Positions 15,001 to 25,042 of a stretch of DNA of 64,000 nt are shown in pieces. Under the pieces are notes generated by a model that was not told the DNA's origin, did not search any database, and saw nothing but the letters and a program-made list of their open reading frames with translations. Location of the stretch: positions 310,001 to 374,000 of the forward strand of contig CDRNVI010000083.1 in NCBI GenBank assembly GCA_977017575.1, read 5' to 3'. The stretch's first letter is position 1. Every line of letters starts with the position of its first letter. The stretch is from Paramoeba atlantica. Its lineage: Eukaryota > Protista > Discosea. A program made the translations under genes and the position numbers.

Positions 15001-17108
15001 CTATTGTTAAGACCCTTTCTTTTGTTAAGACCCTTTCTTTTGTTAAGACCCTTTCTTTTGTTAACACCCTTTCTTTTGTTAAGACCCTTTCTTTTGTTAA
15101 GCCCCTTTCTTTTGTTAAGACCCTTTCTTTTGTTAAGACCCTTTCTTTTGTTAAGACCCTTTCTTTTGTTAAGACCCTTTCTTTTGTTAAGACCCTTTCT
15201 TTTGTTAAGACCCTTTCTTTTGTTAAGACCCTTTCTTTTGTTAAGACCCTTTCTTTTGCTAAGACCCTTCCTTTTGTTAAGACCCTTTCTTTTGTTAAGA
15301 CCCTTTCTTTTGTTAAGACCCTTTCTTTTGTTAAGACCCTTTCTTTTGTTAAGACCCTTTCTTTTGTTAAGACCCTTTCTTTTGTTAAGACCCTTTCTTT
15401 TGTTAAGACCCTTTCTTTTGTTAAGACCCTTTCTTTTGTTAAGACCCTTTCTTTTGCTAAGACCCTTCCTTTTGTTAAGACCCTTTCTTTTGTTAAGACC
15501 CTTTCTTTTGTTAAGACCCTTTCTTTTGTTAAGACCCTTTCTTTTGTTAAGACCCTTTCTTTTGTTAAGACCCTTTCTTTTGCTAAGACCCTTCCTTTTG
15601 TTAAGACCCTTTCTTTTGTTAAGACCCTTTCTTTTGTTAAGACCCTTTCTTTTGTTAAGACCCTTTCTTTTGTTAAGACCCTTTCTTTTGTTAAGACCCT
15701 TTCTTTTGTTAAGACCCTTTCTTTTGTTAAGACCCTTTCTTTTGTTAAGACCCTTTCTTTTGTTAAGACCCTTTCTTTTGTTAAGACCCTTTCTTTTGTT
15801 AAGACCCTTTCTTTTGTTAAGCCCCTTTCTTTTGTTAAGACCCTTTCTTTTGTTAAGACCCTTTCTTTTGTTAAGACCCTTTCTTTTGTTAAGACCCTTT
15901 CTTTTGTTAAGACCCTTTCTTTTGTTAAGACCCTTTCTTTTGCTAAGACCCTTCCTTTTGTTAAGACCCTTTCTTTTGTTAAGACCCTTTCTTTTGTTAA
16001 GACCCTTTCTTTTGTTAAGACCCTTTCTTTTGTTAAGACCCTTTCTTTTGCTAAGACCCTTCCTTTTGTTAAGACCCTTTCTTTTGTTAAGACCCTTTCT
16101 TTTGTTAAGACCCTTTCTTTTGTTAAGACCCTTTCTTTTGTTAAGACCCTTTCTTTTGTTAAGACCCTTTCTTTTGTTAAGACCCTTTCTTTTGTTAAGA
16201 CCCTTTCTTTTGTTAAGCCCCTTTCTTTTGTTAAGCCCCTTTCTTTTGTTAAGACCCTTTCTTTTGTTAAGACCCTTTCTTTTGTTAAGCCCCTTTTTTT
16301 TGTTAAGACCCTTTCTTTTGTTAAGACCCTTTCTTTTGTTAAGACCCTTTCTTTTGTTAAGACCCTTTCTTTTATTAAGACCCTTTCTTTTGTTAAGACC
16401 CTTTCTTTTATTAAGACCCTTTCTTTTGTTAAGACCCTTTCTTTTGTTAAGCCCCTTTCTTTTGTTAAGCCCCTTTCTTTTGTTAAGACCCTTTCTTTTG
16501 TTAAGCCCCTTTCTTTTGTTAAGACCCTTTCTTTTGTTAAGCCCCTTTCTTTTGTTAAGACCCTTTCTTTTGTTAAGACCCTTTCTTTTGTTAAGACCCT
16601 TTCTTTTGTTAAGACCCTTTCTTTTGTTAAGACCCTTTCTTTTGTTAAGACCCTTTCTTTTGCTAAGACCCTTCCTTTTGTTAAGACCCTTTCTTTTGTT
16701 AAGACCCTTTCTTTTGTTAAGACCCTTTCTTTTGTTAAGACCCTTTCTTTTGTTAAGACCCTTTCTTTTGCTAAGACCCTTCCTTTTGTTAAGACCCTTT
16801 CTTTTGTTAAGACCCTTTCTTTTGTTAAGACCCTTTCTTTTGTTAAGACCCTTTCTTTTGTTAAGACCCTTTCTTTTGTTAAGACCCTTTCTTTTGTTAA
16901 GACCCTTTCTTTTGTTAAGACCCTTTCTTTTGTTAAGCCCCTTTCTTTTGTTAAGCCCCTTTCTTTTGTTAAGACCCTTTCTTTTGTTAAGACCCTTTCT
17001 TTTGTTAAGACCCTTTCTTTTGTTAAGACCCTTTCTTTTGTTAAGACCCTTTCTTTTGTTAAGACCCTTTCTTTTGTTAAGACCCTTTCTTTTGTTAAGA
17101 CCCTTTCT
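1..17108. repeat. Satellite S1, 18-bp unit GTTAAGACCCTTTCTTTT, ~950 copies, open at the left window edge
   Basis: Direct tandem repeat. Recurrent variants include GTTAAGCCCC, GTTAAAACCC, GCTAAGACCCTTCC, CCCCTTTTTTTT, GACCCCTTCTATTG and GTTAACACCC. One 1-nt register shift in a T-run at ~8265-8273. Confidence 0.99.
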
Positions 17109-20100
17109 TTGTTGACTTTTTTTTATTATCTCTCTCACGGATTATGCAGCAGCGAGTGCTTGTCATCCACAGTGGAACTGTGCAGGATAATGACTCAGTC
17201 GTCACCTTCGGTTCGGCGAAAGAGCAGGTGTGTGATACGGAACAAAAATCTGTTTCGCAACCGCGCACGCGAAGAGGTGGACCCATCACAGTACAAACTT
17301 TGGACGACATTGGTTTTGGAAAACGTAAGAAAAAGCATCGCCGGCCAGTGTGGCGTCCGCTCGACCTTGATCCAACTAAAGAGGGAAATTCCACCAGTTC
17401 TGACAGTGAGAAACGTGAAATGCCACGCAAAGTGTCCAGGAGCCGCGTTCCGGATTCGCCGCAACCCAAAAGCTTGGGAAAAGCAGAGAAGCCGAGTGCG
17501 AAAACGAAAAGCCAAAATAAAGGGCAAAAAGGCGAGATTATGGGGAAGGAGGGCGTGCAAAAGAAGGATCAACACTCATTCGAGAGCAAGAGTCTACAAA
17601 GTCCACCTCCCCCAGTAAATATACAAGACAACTGGACGAAACAAGGACGGGACGTTTCCAAACAAGAAAACAATGAAATATCCGAATCCAAGCACCAGAC
17701 GCCCTCGACTGTGAAGGGACACAATCCACGAGAACGTGCGCCAGTTGAACACCTTGTACCTCAAGAACGCGATTCAGACATAGAGGCCGATGCTGAGTAC
17801 TGTGACTCGTCGGAAGATAACGAAAATGCAGGAAACTCGCCCATAGCTCCCGACCATGTTCTTCGGAAAATCTCGGATTGGGGTAAAGGAACGACGTGTG
17901 CAGTACGGTGGTGTTTTCGAAACTCTCAGAATCGAATCTACGAATCGATTGGTGAAGTTGTTTCCAGAAAACTGCGAAAGAAAGCGTTGAACATCAAAAT
18001 TTCGTACCATCCAGCCCCTGACGAAGCCGGGCCCTCTGGAAATCTTTATCTTCCCCAGTCGACGAAAATCAAGGTTTTCGGCATCCGAGCAACTCATCTA
18101 CGCCGTGTTCCAGATTGTGAAGTTTCAACGACGATATGCGCGGCAGAAGATGCGGACGACACAGATCACGGGTGTGACCTAGAGCCTTTGCCTTCTTTCT
18201 CCCAGATCGATCCGACGTTTTTTGTGCATGTGGTAGCTATTTTCCGTTCGATCATAAGAGACTATCCGAGACTTAAACTATCCTCAGAAAAAGATGCATT
18301 ATGGCAAAAATTCCTCAACGCCCCACGAGACTCACTAGTAAGCGTGCGGAAAGCTATCCAAAGACTGGAAAGCATCCCGCATAGCCATAAGAGCGCCAAT
18401 GCCAAGGAAAATGTATTTTTATCCAAAGAGGAGGTAAAGGAGCTCAAAGTTGACCGCCGCTCAATACGCAACGCTCTCCATGCAGCTCGTGCAGGAAATT
18501 TAAGTAAAGCAACCAGAGTCCTGGACAACGTTTATGTAGACTCCCAACTCAGCGTGGACGAAATAGTGCGAAAATTGAAAGACCTTCATCCCACAGGTGA
18601 TCCACCACCTGCGTCATCAGTAGAATACCCACGGGCTGGCGTAATCGAGATGGACGAGGTTCGCTCAGCGGTAAACAAACTCGCGCATGGAGCAGCCCCA
18701 GGCCCGACGGGATTGAGCGAAAACATCCTCCGCTTACTGGCTGATGGCGTGGTATGTTGTTCAGGTTTGTGCCACATGATTAGAGATGTCATCAACGGAG
18801 AAATAAGCACATCAGTTCGCAACCGTCTGACACGTTGTAGAATCATCGCCTTAGCAAAGCCGAATAACGGGGTAAGACCGATAGCGATGGGTGACACAAT
18901 GCTCAAAATAAGTGGCTCAATCCTGCTGCAACGTCATGAAGACTCGTTGAAAAGGTTCTTCCACCCTATGCAACGTGGTGTCTTAGAAAAAAATGCATGT
19001 GAAGGAATCGTTCACGAGCTTCTTGATGACTACAGCAACGGACACACTATTCTTTCGGTAGATAACACCAACGCATATAACACTGCACAGCGCTCAGCAA
19101 TTGCTCAATCCCTGCAGGCGCACAAAAGTTTCAAGCCGTTTATGCGCATGTTTTATTGCGAATACGGAAATCCCTCGGACCTGCTCTTCTTTGCCAACAA
19201 TCGACTACATTCTATACTTCAGAGCACTTCCGGAGTGCGGCAAGGCTCAGCTCTTTCCTCTCTGTACTTTTGTTCACTAATACAAGGTGCGTTGGTGGAA
19301 GTCTCTGATCTTTTTCCAGAAGTGAAAATTAGAGCATACATGGATGACGTTACATTGTCCTCAAAAAATCGCATCTCACTGGAAGCCGCGTTCTTACATC
19401 TCAGAGAGCTATCCACTGACCTTGGCATGCACATAAATTATTCAAAATCAGAATGGTTCAACGCTGAGAGCAGTAAGAATCGGAACAGTCATCCTGATGC
19501 TCTTCGCTCCCTAGGCGTCACCCATTCTGACAAGACAATCAAAATCCTTGGAGCCTACATCGGGGATCACCAAGAGGTCAGCTCACTTCTGGTCAAAAAA
19601 CTAAAGAAGCACCAATGCCTGTTCCGTAGGCTTCGTCGAATGGGGCCCAGCAACATTTCACTGGCTGTACTGCAACGCTGTGCGCTCCCACGTCATGATT
19701 ATCACCTGCGTGTACACCGTCCAGAAGACTCGCTTTTTATGGCCCAAAAATTTGATGAACAAGTTAATGATATTGTGTCGCACTGGTTCTTTGCTGATCC
19801 TATCTCTATCAAGCTATCGTCACTTCCACAACACCTAGGAGGACTTGGTTTGACACCGTCAACATTAAAACATCGTTTCTTTTTCGACACCGCGCGCAAA
19901 TCGATTGATGAGCGAACACTATCCAATAAAGCTCCGGTAGTTTTGCGCAAATCGAAAGGAGGCATTCCCGATGATAATGGAAGCTCAAGCCGTACAGCCA
20001 AGCATCAGACAGCCAGAATTCAAGCATCAAAAGCTATGAAGACGGAACAAAAACTATTAGCCACCGAGTTACGTAAGGATAGCAGAATAGACTCCATACT

Positions 20101-21075
20101 AAAACGCACAACGACTGCCTTTCGACATCTTCCTTCAACTAGCGGATACGTTAATCCTTACCTTTTCAGATACGCTATCATGTTTAGATTAGGCATCAAA
20201 CCGCCTTCGTTGCCGGATCAAGTGAGTTGCCCTGGATGCGCTGCTCAGATAAAATCAGAGGAAATCCTTCACCACATTGTGGGTTGTACAAAGTGTTCTG
20301 GAATGAACGCTACACGAAAACACTCATCTCTAGTGCGCTTTCTAGCCGAACTTTGCTCAAAAGCAGGCCTCCAGTCCGTCATAGAACCTCGCACTTATTC
20401 ATCCTTCTATTGTACCAAGTGCAAGGCACACGTCTCCGCTGATGCGATTGATAACCATCCGTGCCGCGCACGAAGAATAAGGTCAGGCCCCGACCTCGGA
20501 ATTATGTGGCCCCATATGGGTGAAGTACTTTACGACCTCACAGTTGTCCACACCGGTAGCCCAAGCTATCGAAAAATGACAGAAGCTCAGCTCCTGCAAA
20601 ATGCTATTGAGAGAAAGCAGAAGAAATACGTTGAGAAGGGGGGGATTGATGAAGACTTTTTTCGCTGCATCTCCATGACAGAAGGCGGTTTCTTACACAG
20701 CCATATGAAAAATCTCCTTTCCTGTCTAGCAAAGAAAGCCGAACTTAAAATCCCTGAAGTACTAGAAGCTTTTCAACTTGAGATTGAAAAGCTTAATGCA
20801 TATACAATAGTTGCGTAACTGCGCGATTATCTACCCCGAGCATCGTGGCTGGGTTCACTGCAATCGTAAAGAATCCGTAAAGATTACGAATTGGTTACGA
20901 ATTTTCATTAACTGAAAGAAGAAATGATGTTTTATTTTATTATATTAAAGTTTAAACGTATGCGTCTGGCATACTCCAAATTCCTACAAATGCACCACAA
21001 ATATTTCCATTTACAATCGTTCACGAGCTCTCCCCGTCTAACGTATCCAGATCCGGAAAAAAAACAACTAGAAAA
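17109..21075 (+). mobile_element. Element A: near full-length RLE-type non-LTR retrotransposon inserted in S1
   Basis: Flanked by S1 on both sides. Short T-rich 5' UTR, single long ORF and ~200-nt 3' UTR ending in an A-rich stretch. Confidence 0.92.
17144..20869 (+). CDS. RT-RLE polyprotein of element A (1224 aa to a premature TAA at 20816; homologous end at 20869)
   Basis: RT motifs RPIAMGD, VDNTNAYN, SGVRQGSALS, AYMDD, LGGLGL. CCHC knuckle CPGC..HIVGC. RLE motifs RKH, GPDL, YDLTVVH, RKQKKY. The 16 codons after the TAA (LRDYLPRASWLGSLQS) match the C-termini of C and H. Confidence 0.9.
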
Positions 21076-21167
21076 TAACAAAAGAAAGGGTCTTAACAAA
21101 AGAAAGTTAAGACCCTTTCTTTTGTTAAGCCCCTTTCTTTTGTTAAGACCCTTTCTTTTGTTAAGAC
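21076..21167. repeat. Short S1 tract with an internal strand inversion (22-bp perfect inverted repeat, 8-nt loop)
   Basis: 21076-21097 TAACAAAAGAAAGGGTCTTAAC is the reverse complement of 21106-21127. Confidence 0.95.
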
Positions 21168-21749
21168 TATAAGTATACGTTTAGAAATTTAGGATGATTG
21201 ATATAATGGCCCTTCGGGGCACATAATATTTATATTATGAGATATGTAGAAGTTCACGGAAGGAAATTTAGGAGGGGCTTTATAGTGATGAAAATTGGCC
21301 GACGGGCATTGTACGTTTTATTTATGAATAGTTTCTATAGTGATACATGGAAATAAATATTTTATATATTTTGATAGTAGTCTTCAAGTTTTGCTAAGTA
21401 CTACGAGTTACCCACCCACCGGCCCCCGCCATTTGGCGGCGGAACCGGACGGAAAACCCGTTCACTTAGTATCATCTACAAACAATATAGTTTTTGATTT
21501 TCTCATGATATTTCTAAACAAGCGCTTATTTTTCATAGTTTGATTCGAAGGAAGAATGTACGAAATTGTATATTTCATAGTACGGTTTTCACATCTACAA
21601 GAATTTAAGTAGGTTCTTATTTCAGATTTTAGAAGTTGTATTTCAATGAAGTAGGTGCCCCGACGTGAATTTCATTTGTTTGTTTTGTTTAGAGATTTCA
21701 TTTATTTAGTTTGGTATAGTGACACTCCTTCTCTAACCTTTTTATTGCG
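21168..21749 (+). repeat. Left terminal repeat A1 (segments 21168-21246 and 21674-21749 recur in A2)
   Basis: TATAAGTATACG...GAGATATG and ATTTGTTTG...TTGCG match 29771-29849 and 29850-29925. Confidence 0.9.
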
Positions 21750-21832
21750 AATGTTTTTATTGCGAATTAGAGATTTCATTTATTTAGTTTGGTATAGTGA
21801 CACTCCTTCTCTAACCTTTTTATTGCGAATGT
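21689..21832 (+). repeat. 66-bp direct duplication (21689-21754 / 21767-21832) ending at the probable gag ATG
   Basis: Two identical copies read directly; translates as RDFIYLVWYSDTPSLTFLLRM twice. Confidence 0.9.
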
Positions 21833-22882
21833 CTGGCATTTTGAATACTGTTCGCCGTACGTTGTCAATGGGGAGGCAACAGAGTCCTGTTCGAGAAGAT
21901 CCTTCTTCCCCTAATCCGGTTGACCCAAGTTTGCAGTATGGGGAGCAACGTACCACGCTTAACCCGGAGCAAGTGGCGGCTTTGCTTCGGGGGGGAACAG
22001 GTTCGGAGGCAATGTCGGGGGAAGCTAAGGCGGAATTCGCACAGAAGGTTCAGACTTTGATTGCAAAAGGTTACGACGTGTCGGTAGAGGCGGTTTGGGG
22101 CCATCAAGGCGATGCAGTGCGCGAAACTGTCACTGGGAATGTACGCTTGAAATCGGACGGGTCAGGTACCATGGAAGCTGTGTGGACTGACGATCCCGGA
22201 ATGGCGTACGACTTCCCTTTTCCGGACATCGAGTACTACTCCTTAGAAATTGTTCGAGTACGTGCTAAGATGCCTGGTGGCCGAAAGGCGGACGAGGAAC
22301 CTAAGACTCCTAATGCACCCATTACTGACCCGGCCCGATTCACCGCGAACGACCCCCTCACGTGGGGACCATGGCTGGAGTCCGAGGATGAGCTCCGCGT
22401 CCGGGATCTCATACGTGATTTGCGGGCCCATCCCGAGTTTGGCCTCTTGCTGAATGCACCTCCAATTCGTGAACGGCTGTTTAAAACAGTACAGGAGTGG
22501 ATCCAGGCAGCCCGAATCTATCCTTTCTGGCGCGAAGAACATTTCATGGAAATCGTACGTACGGCAATTGAAGAACTTCGGAATAATTATTGGGCCTAAT
22601 CTGGAATTCAGGTAGAGCGCGTTCAGTTAAAACTGCACATGACGAATTGACTTTCATGACGAAACGAAGGACGCGTACTCCAAGGCAGTTGCAGAAGAAA
22701 AGCTATGGAACATGACGGTATCTAAACAATCGACGAATCGCCCGGCCTTTCTCTGCTACCGCTGCCACAAACCAGGTCATTTCCGAGCGAACTGCCCGTT
22801 AAATCAATCGTCTACTCGCTTGACCCCGGGTTTTCGCGGAGGGGTGACGAGCGGCACTTCGAGTGCAAAGAGGAGTCACTAG
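21829..22882 (+). pseudogene. gag: gag-like ORF with a CX2CX4HX4C zinc knuckle, broken by a stop (22597) and a frameshift (~22640)
   Basis: The frame from ATG 21829 closes at 22599. A second frame 22643-22882 encodes CYRCHKPGHFRANC at 22754-22795. Confidence 0.75.
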
Positions 22883-22885
22883 GTA

Positions 22886-24034
22886 GTGCTCCCCACCCCT
22901 TACATCGCTCGTGCCTGTCCGCTGAAAAAGCGGCGGGTGATTTGTCCAGGTCTATCATTCAGCTCATATTTGCACTCTGCAGGGAAGGTGCATGCCTTTG
23001 TGGCATGTCACGGAACGGGACTGCAGAAGCCACAGCATCGGGTGGCGGAAGTAAGGACGTACTCAAGGGCGGGTCAGGCCAAACGATCTCTAGCAGTATA
23101 TCCCGCCGGAAACAAAATCAGGAAACTGGACGTGCAGTCTGCCCAGGACAAGCTCACATGCACAATTTTGAATCTACCAAGTACGAGCCCGCTAGCACAC
23201 CAAATGAGAACCGCGATAAATCCCATGTGGACGAATGCTACTTGGCTCTCAAGGGCACGACTGTGGGGAAGGCTCGAACTTTTTTGTCGGGAAAGAGGGG
23301 TACCACCAGATCCAATACACGCCGTTTTGTTCCTTCAGCAAATGGATCTGGCACCCGCGCCACTGTTGAGCTACACTCGCAATCTTCAAACCGTATTTCA
23401 GCTGAGTCAAACCGATCCTACCCCTCTCAAAATGTTTGCAAAAGCTCTACAGGCAAGAGGCGCTCTCGAACCAACGCGTCAGATGGAGCCAATCACTCCG
23501 TGGCAACTACGCCGGCTAAGGACAAAATTATCGTTAAGCGAAGGGATCGCCGCGTTGATCTGTTGGAAGGCCGCAGCCAGATGGACAGAAGTCGCAGAAC
23601 TAACCCTCGAAAGATTCGTGCGAAATCAACCGAACGAAGTCATAGTCTATTGGGGACGGAACAACAAATCGACTCGTCTCAACCCGTACCGCTTATCGAT
23701 GTGCACAGCCATACAAGGGGAAGGAACTCTAGAGATTGCGGAATACGTCCGGTTTATGAGGAAGGGTCAGCAGGTGACAAGCACAACGGTTCGGGAAATG
23801 GACGTGAAAATGAAGAAAATTCTGGGCCCCGGCTACGGGACACACTCCCTGAAGCGGGGCGCGATAACGTATCTCTTCAACGAGGTGGCGCTCGGACGCG
23901 TCGCTCTCTCAGACGTGCAAAACATAGCCAAACATCAATGCATCAACTCCCTATTACGATACAACGGGAACCTGATAACAACGGCAAAGGCGCTCGGTAC
24001 GCAGCGAGCTTCGGTTCTCCTACCAACCCTATAA
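22886..24034 (+). CDS. Tyrosine recombinase (probable start at a downstream Met)
   Basis: Catalytic signature R (AARW), HxxR (HSLKRGA), H (AKHQ), Y (LLRY). Confidence 0.88.
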   Translation: MLPTPYIARACPLKKRRVICPGLSFSSYLHSAGKVHAFVACHGTGLQKPQHRVAEVRTYSRAGQAKRSLAVYPAGNKIRKLDVQSAQDKLTCTILNLPSTSPLAHQMRTAINPMWTNATWLSRARLWGRLELFCRERGVPPDPIHAVLFLQQMDLAPAPLLSYTRNLQTVFQLSQTDPTPLKMFAKALQARGALEPTRQMEPITPWQLRRLRTKLSLSEGIAALICWKAAARWTEVAELTLERFVRNQPNEVIVYWGRNNKSTRLNPYRLSMCTAIQGEGTLEIAEYVRFMRKGQQVTSTTVREMDVKMKKILGPGYGTHSLKRGAITYLFNEVALGRVALSDVQNIAKHQCINSLLRYNGNLITTAKALGTQRASVLLPTL

Positions 24035-25042
24035 CTCAAGAGGATGTCAACCTTTGTTTCGATCAAATACCGCACGTTAGGCGATACAGTGTTATTTGCG
24101 CGCGGCGCACTTCCCGTCTTGCACGTCCCGAAGACATGAACCTCCCCCTACACGTTAAGGCTGGAATACCCGTAATGGACGTGCAGAAAGTGAAGACTTG
24201 GATGTCCCCTGGTGCGCTTCACCGCCTGGAAACCGTGATGAGACACTTATTTGACACGCGACTTGCAGCGCAGACCGAACCAGCAATCAAAGGTAATCTT
24301 TCGGAAGCTGATGTCGTTGGTTTGCTTGACGCTGGAGTGATTGAAACAGTCGAACAGAAAGAACTCCATCAGCATCCGACTTTACAATAGTAATATTCCT
24401 TTTACCGTAGTTGAATCCGATGAGGAGGGGAACGCCCGGCGCCGATTCATATCCTGGACCAAGGACGACAATATCAGATTAAAGGACTATAAGCCCGACG
24501 TTTCTTTATTGCACCCTTCTTGGTATCTGCATAAGGCTGAGGAAGAAGCAGGCGTTAAGCGCGACTTACGTTGCGGGTTCTACCAAATCGGAGTTCCGCG
24601 CGCGGCACGTGCCAAATTTCGTTTTCGTGACCAAGATGGAGTCTTGCACCAGATGAAAGTTATGCCCATGGGGCACCGATGCGCCCCGGAAATTATGCAC
24701 AAACTGACAGCAGCTATCGCGTGCGACTCTGCTGTATGCAAGCCCACACTGGGCTCCTGTATTGGCTCCGTGGATATTTACATAGACGGTATTCGATTTG
24801 CCGGAACCCGTGAAGAATGCATCAAATTTGTTAAATTTGTTGACGGACGGTGTGCTCAAGTCGGTGGCTTATTTAAGGAGACCGGATCCGACCCTTCCAA
24901 GGAATATGTGTTCAACGGAGTCCTGTACAATCATGAAACCCACAAGGTCAGCCTGGGACCTAGGGTTTTACAAAAAATGTCGCGCGATCGCTATCTTAAC
25001 ATAACGTTTTCTCAACTGGAGACGGCGGTGGGGCGCCTCTTT
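22942..25042 (+). pseudogene. pol: pol of the YR element: long N-terminal frame overlapping the YR gene, RT split by a frameshift at ~24385 and truncated by element F
   Basis: LLDAGVIE (frame 1) continues as PFTVVE..RRRFI, DLRCGFYQ, MPMGHRCAP, YIDG, QLETAVGRLF (frame 2). Confidence 0.8.

Noticed and set aside
279-17618. Giant ORFs (5779, 2960 and 2947 aa) of LRPFLL, VKTLSF, NKRKGL and TKERVL repeats, and similar ORFs over other S1/S2 tracts
   Set aside because: An 18-bp unit without a stop in a given frame gives an open frame automatically; there is no sign of coding constraint.
21168-21182. TATAAGTATACGTTT resembling the middle of the Leishmania SL exon
   Set aside because: Short AT-rich match without the flanking SL sequence; it is the terminus of repeat A.
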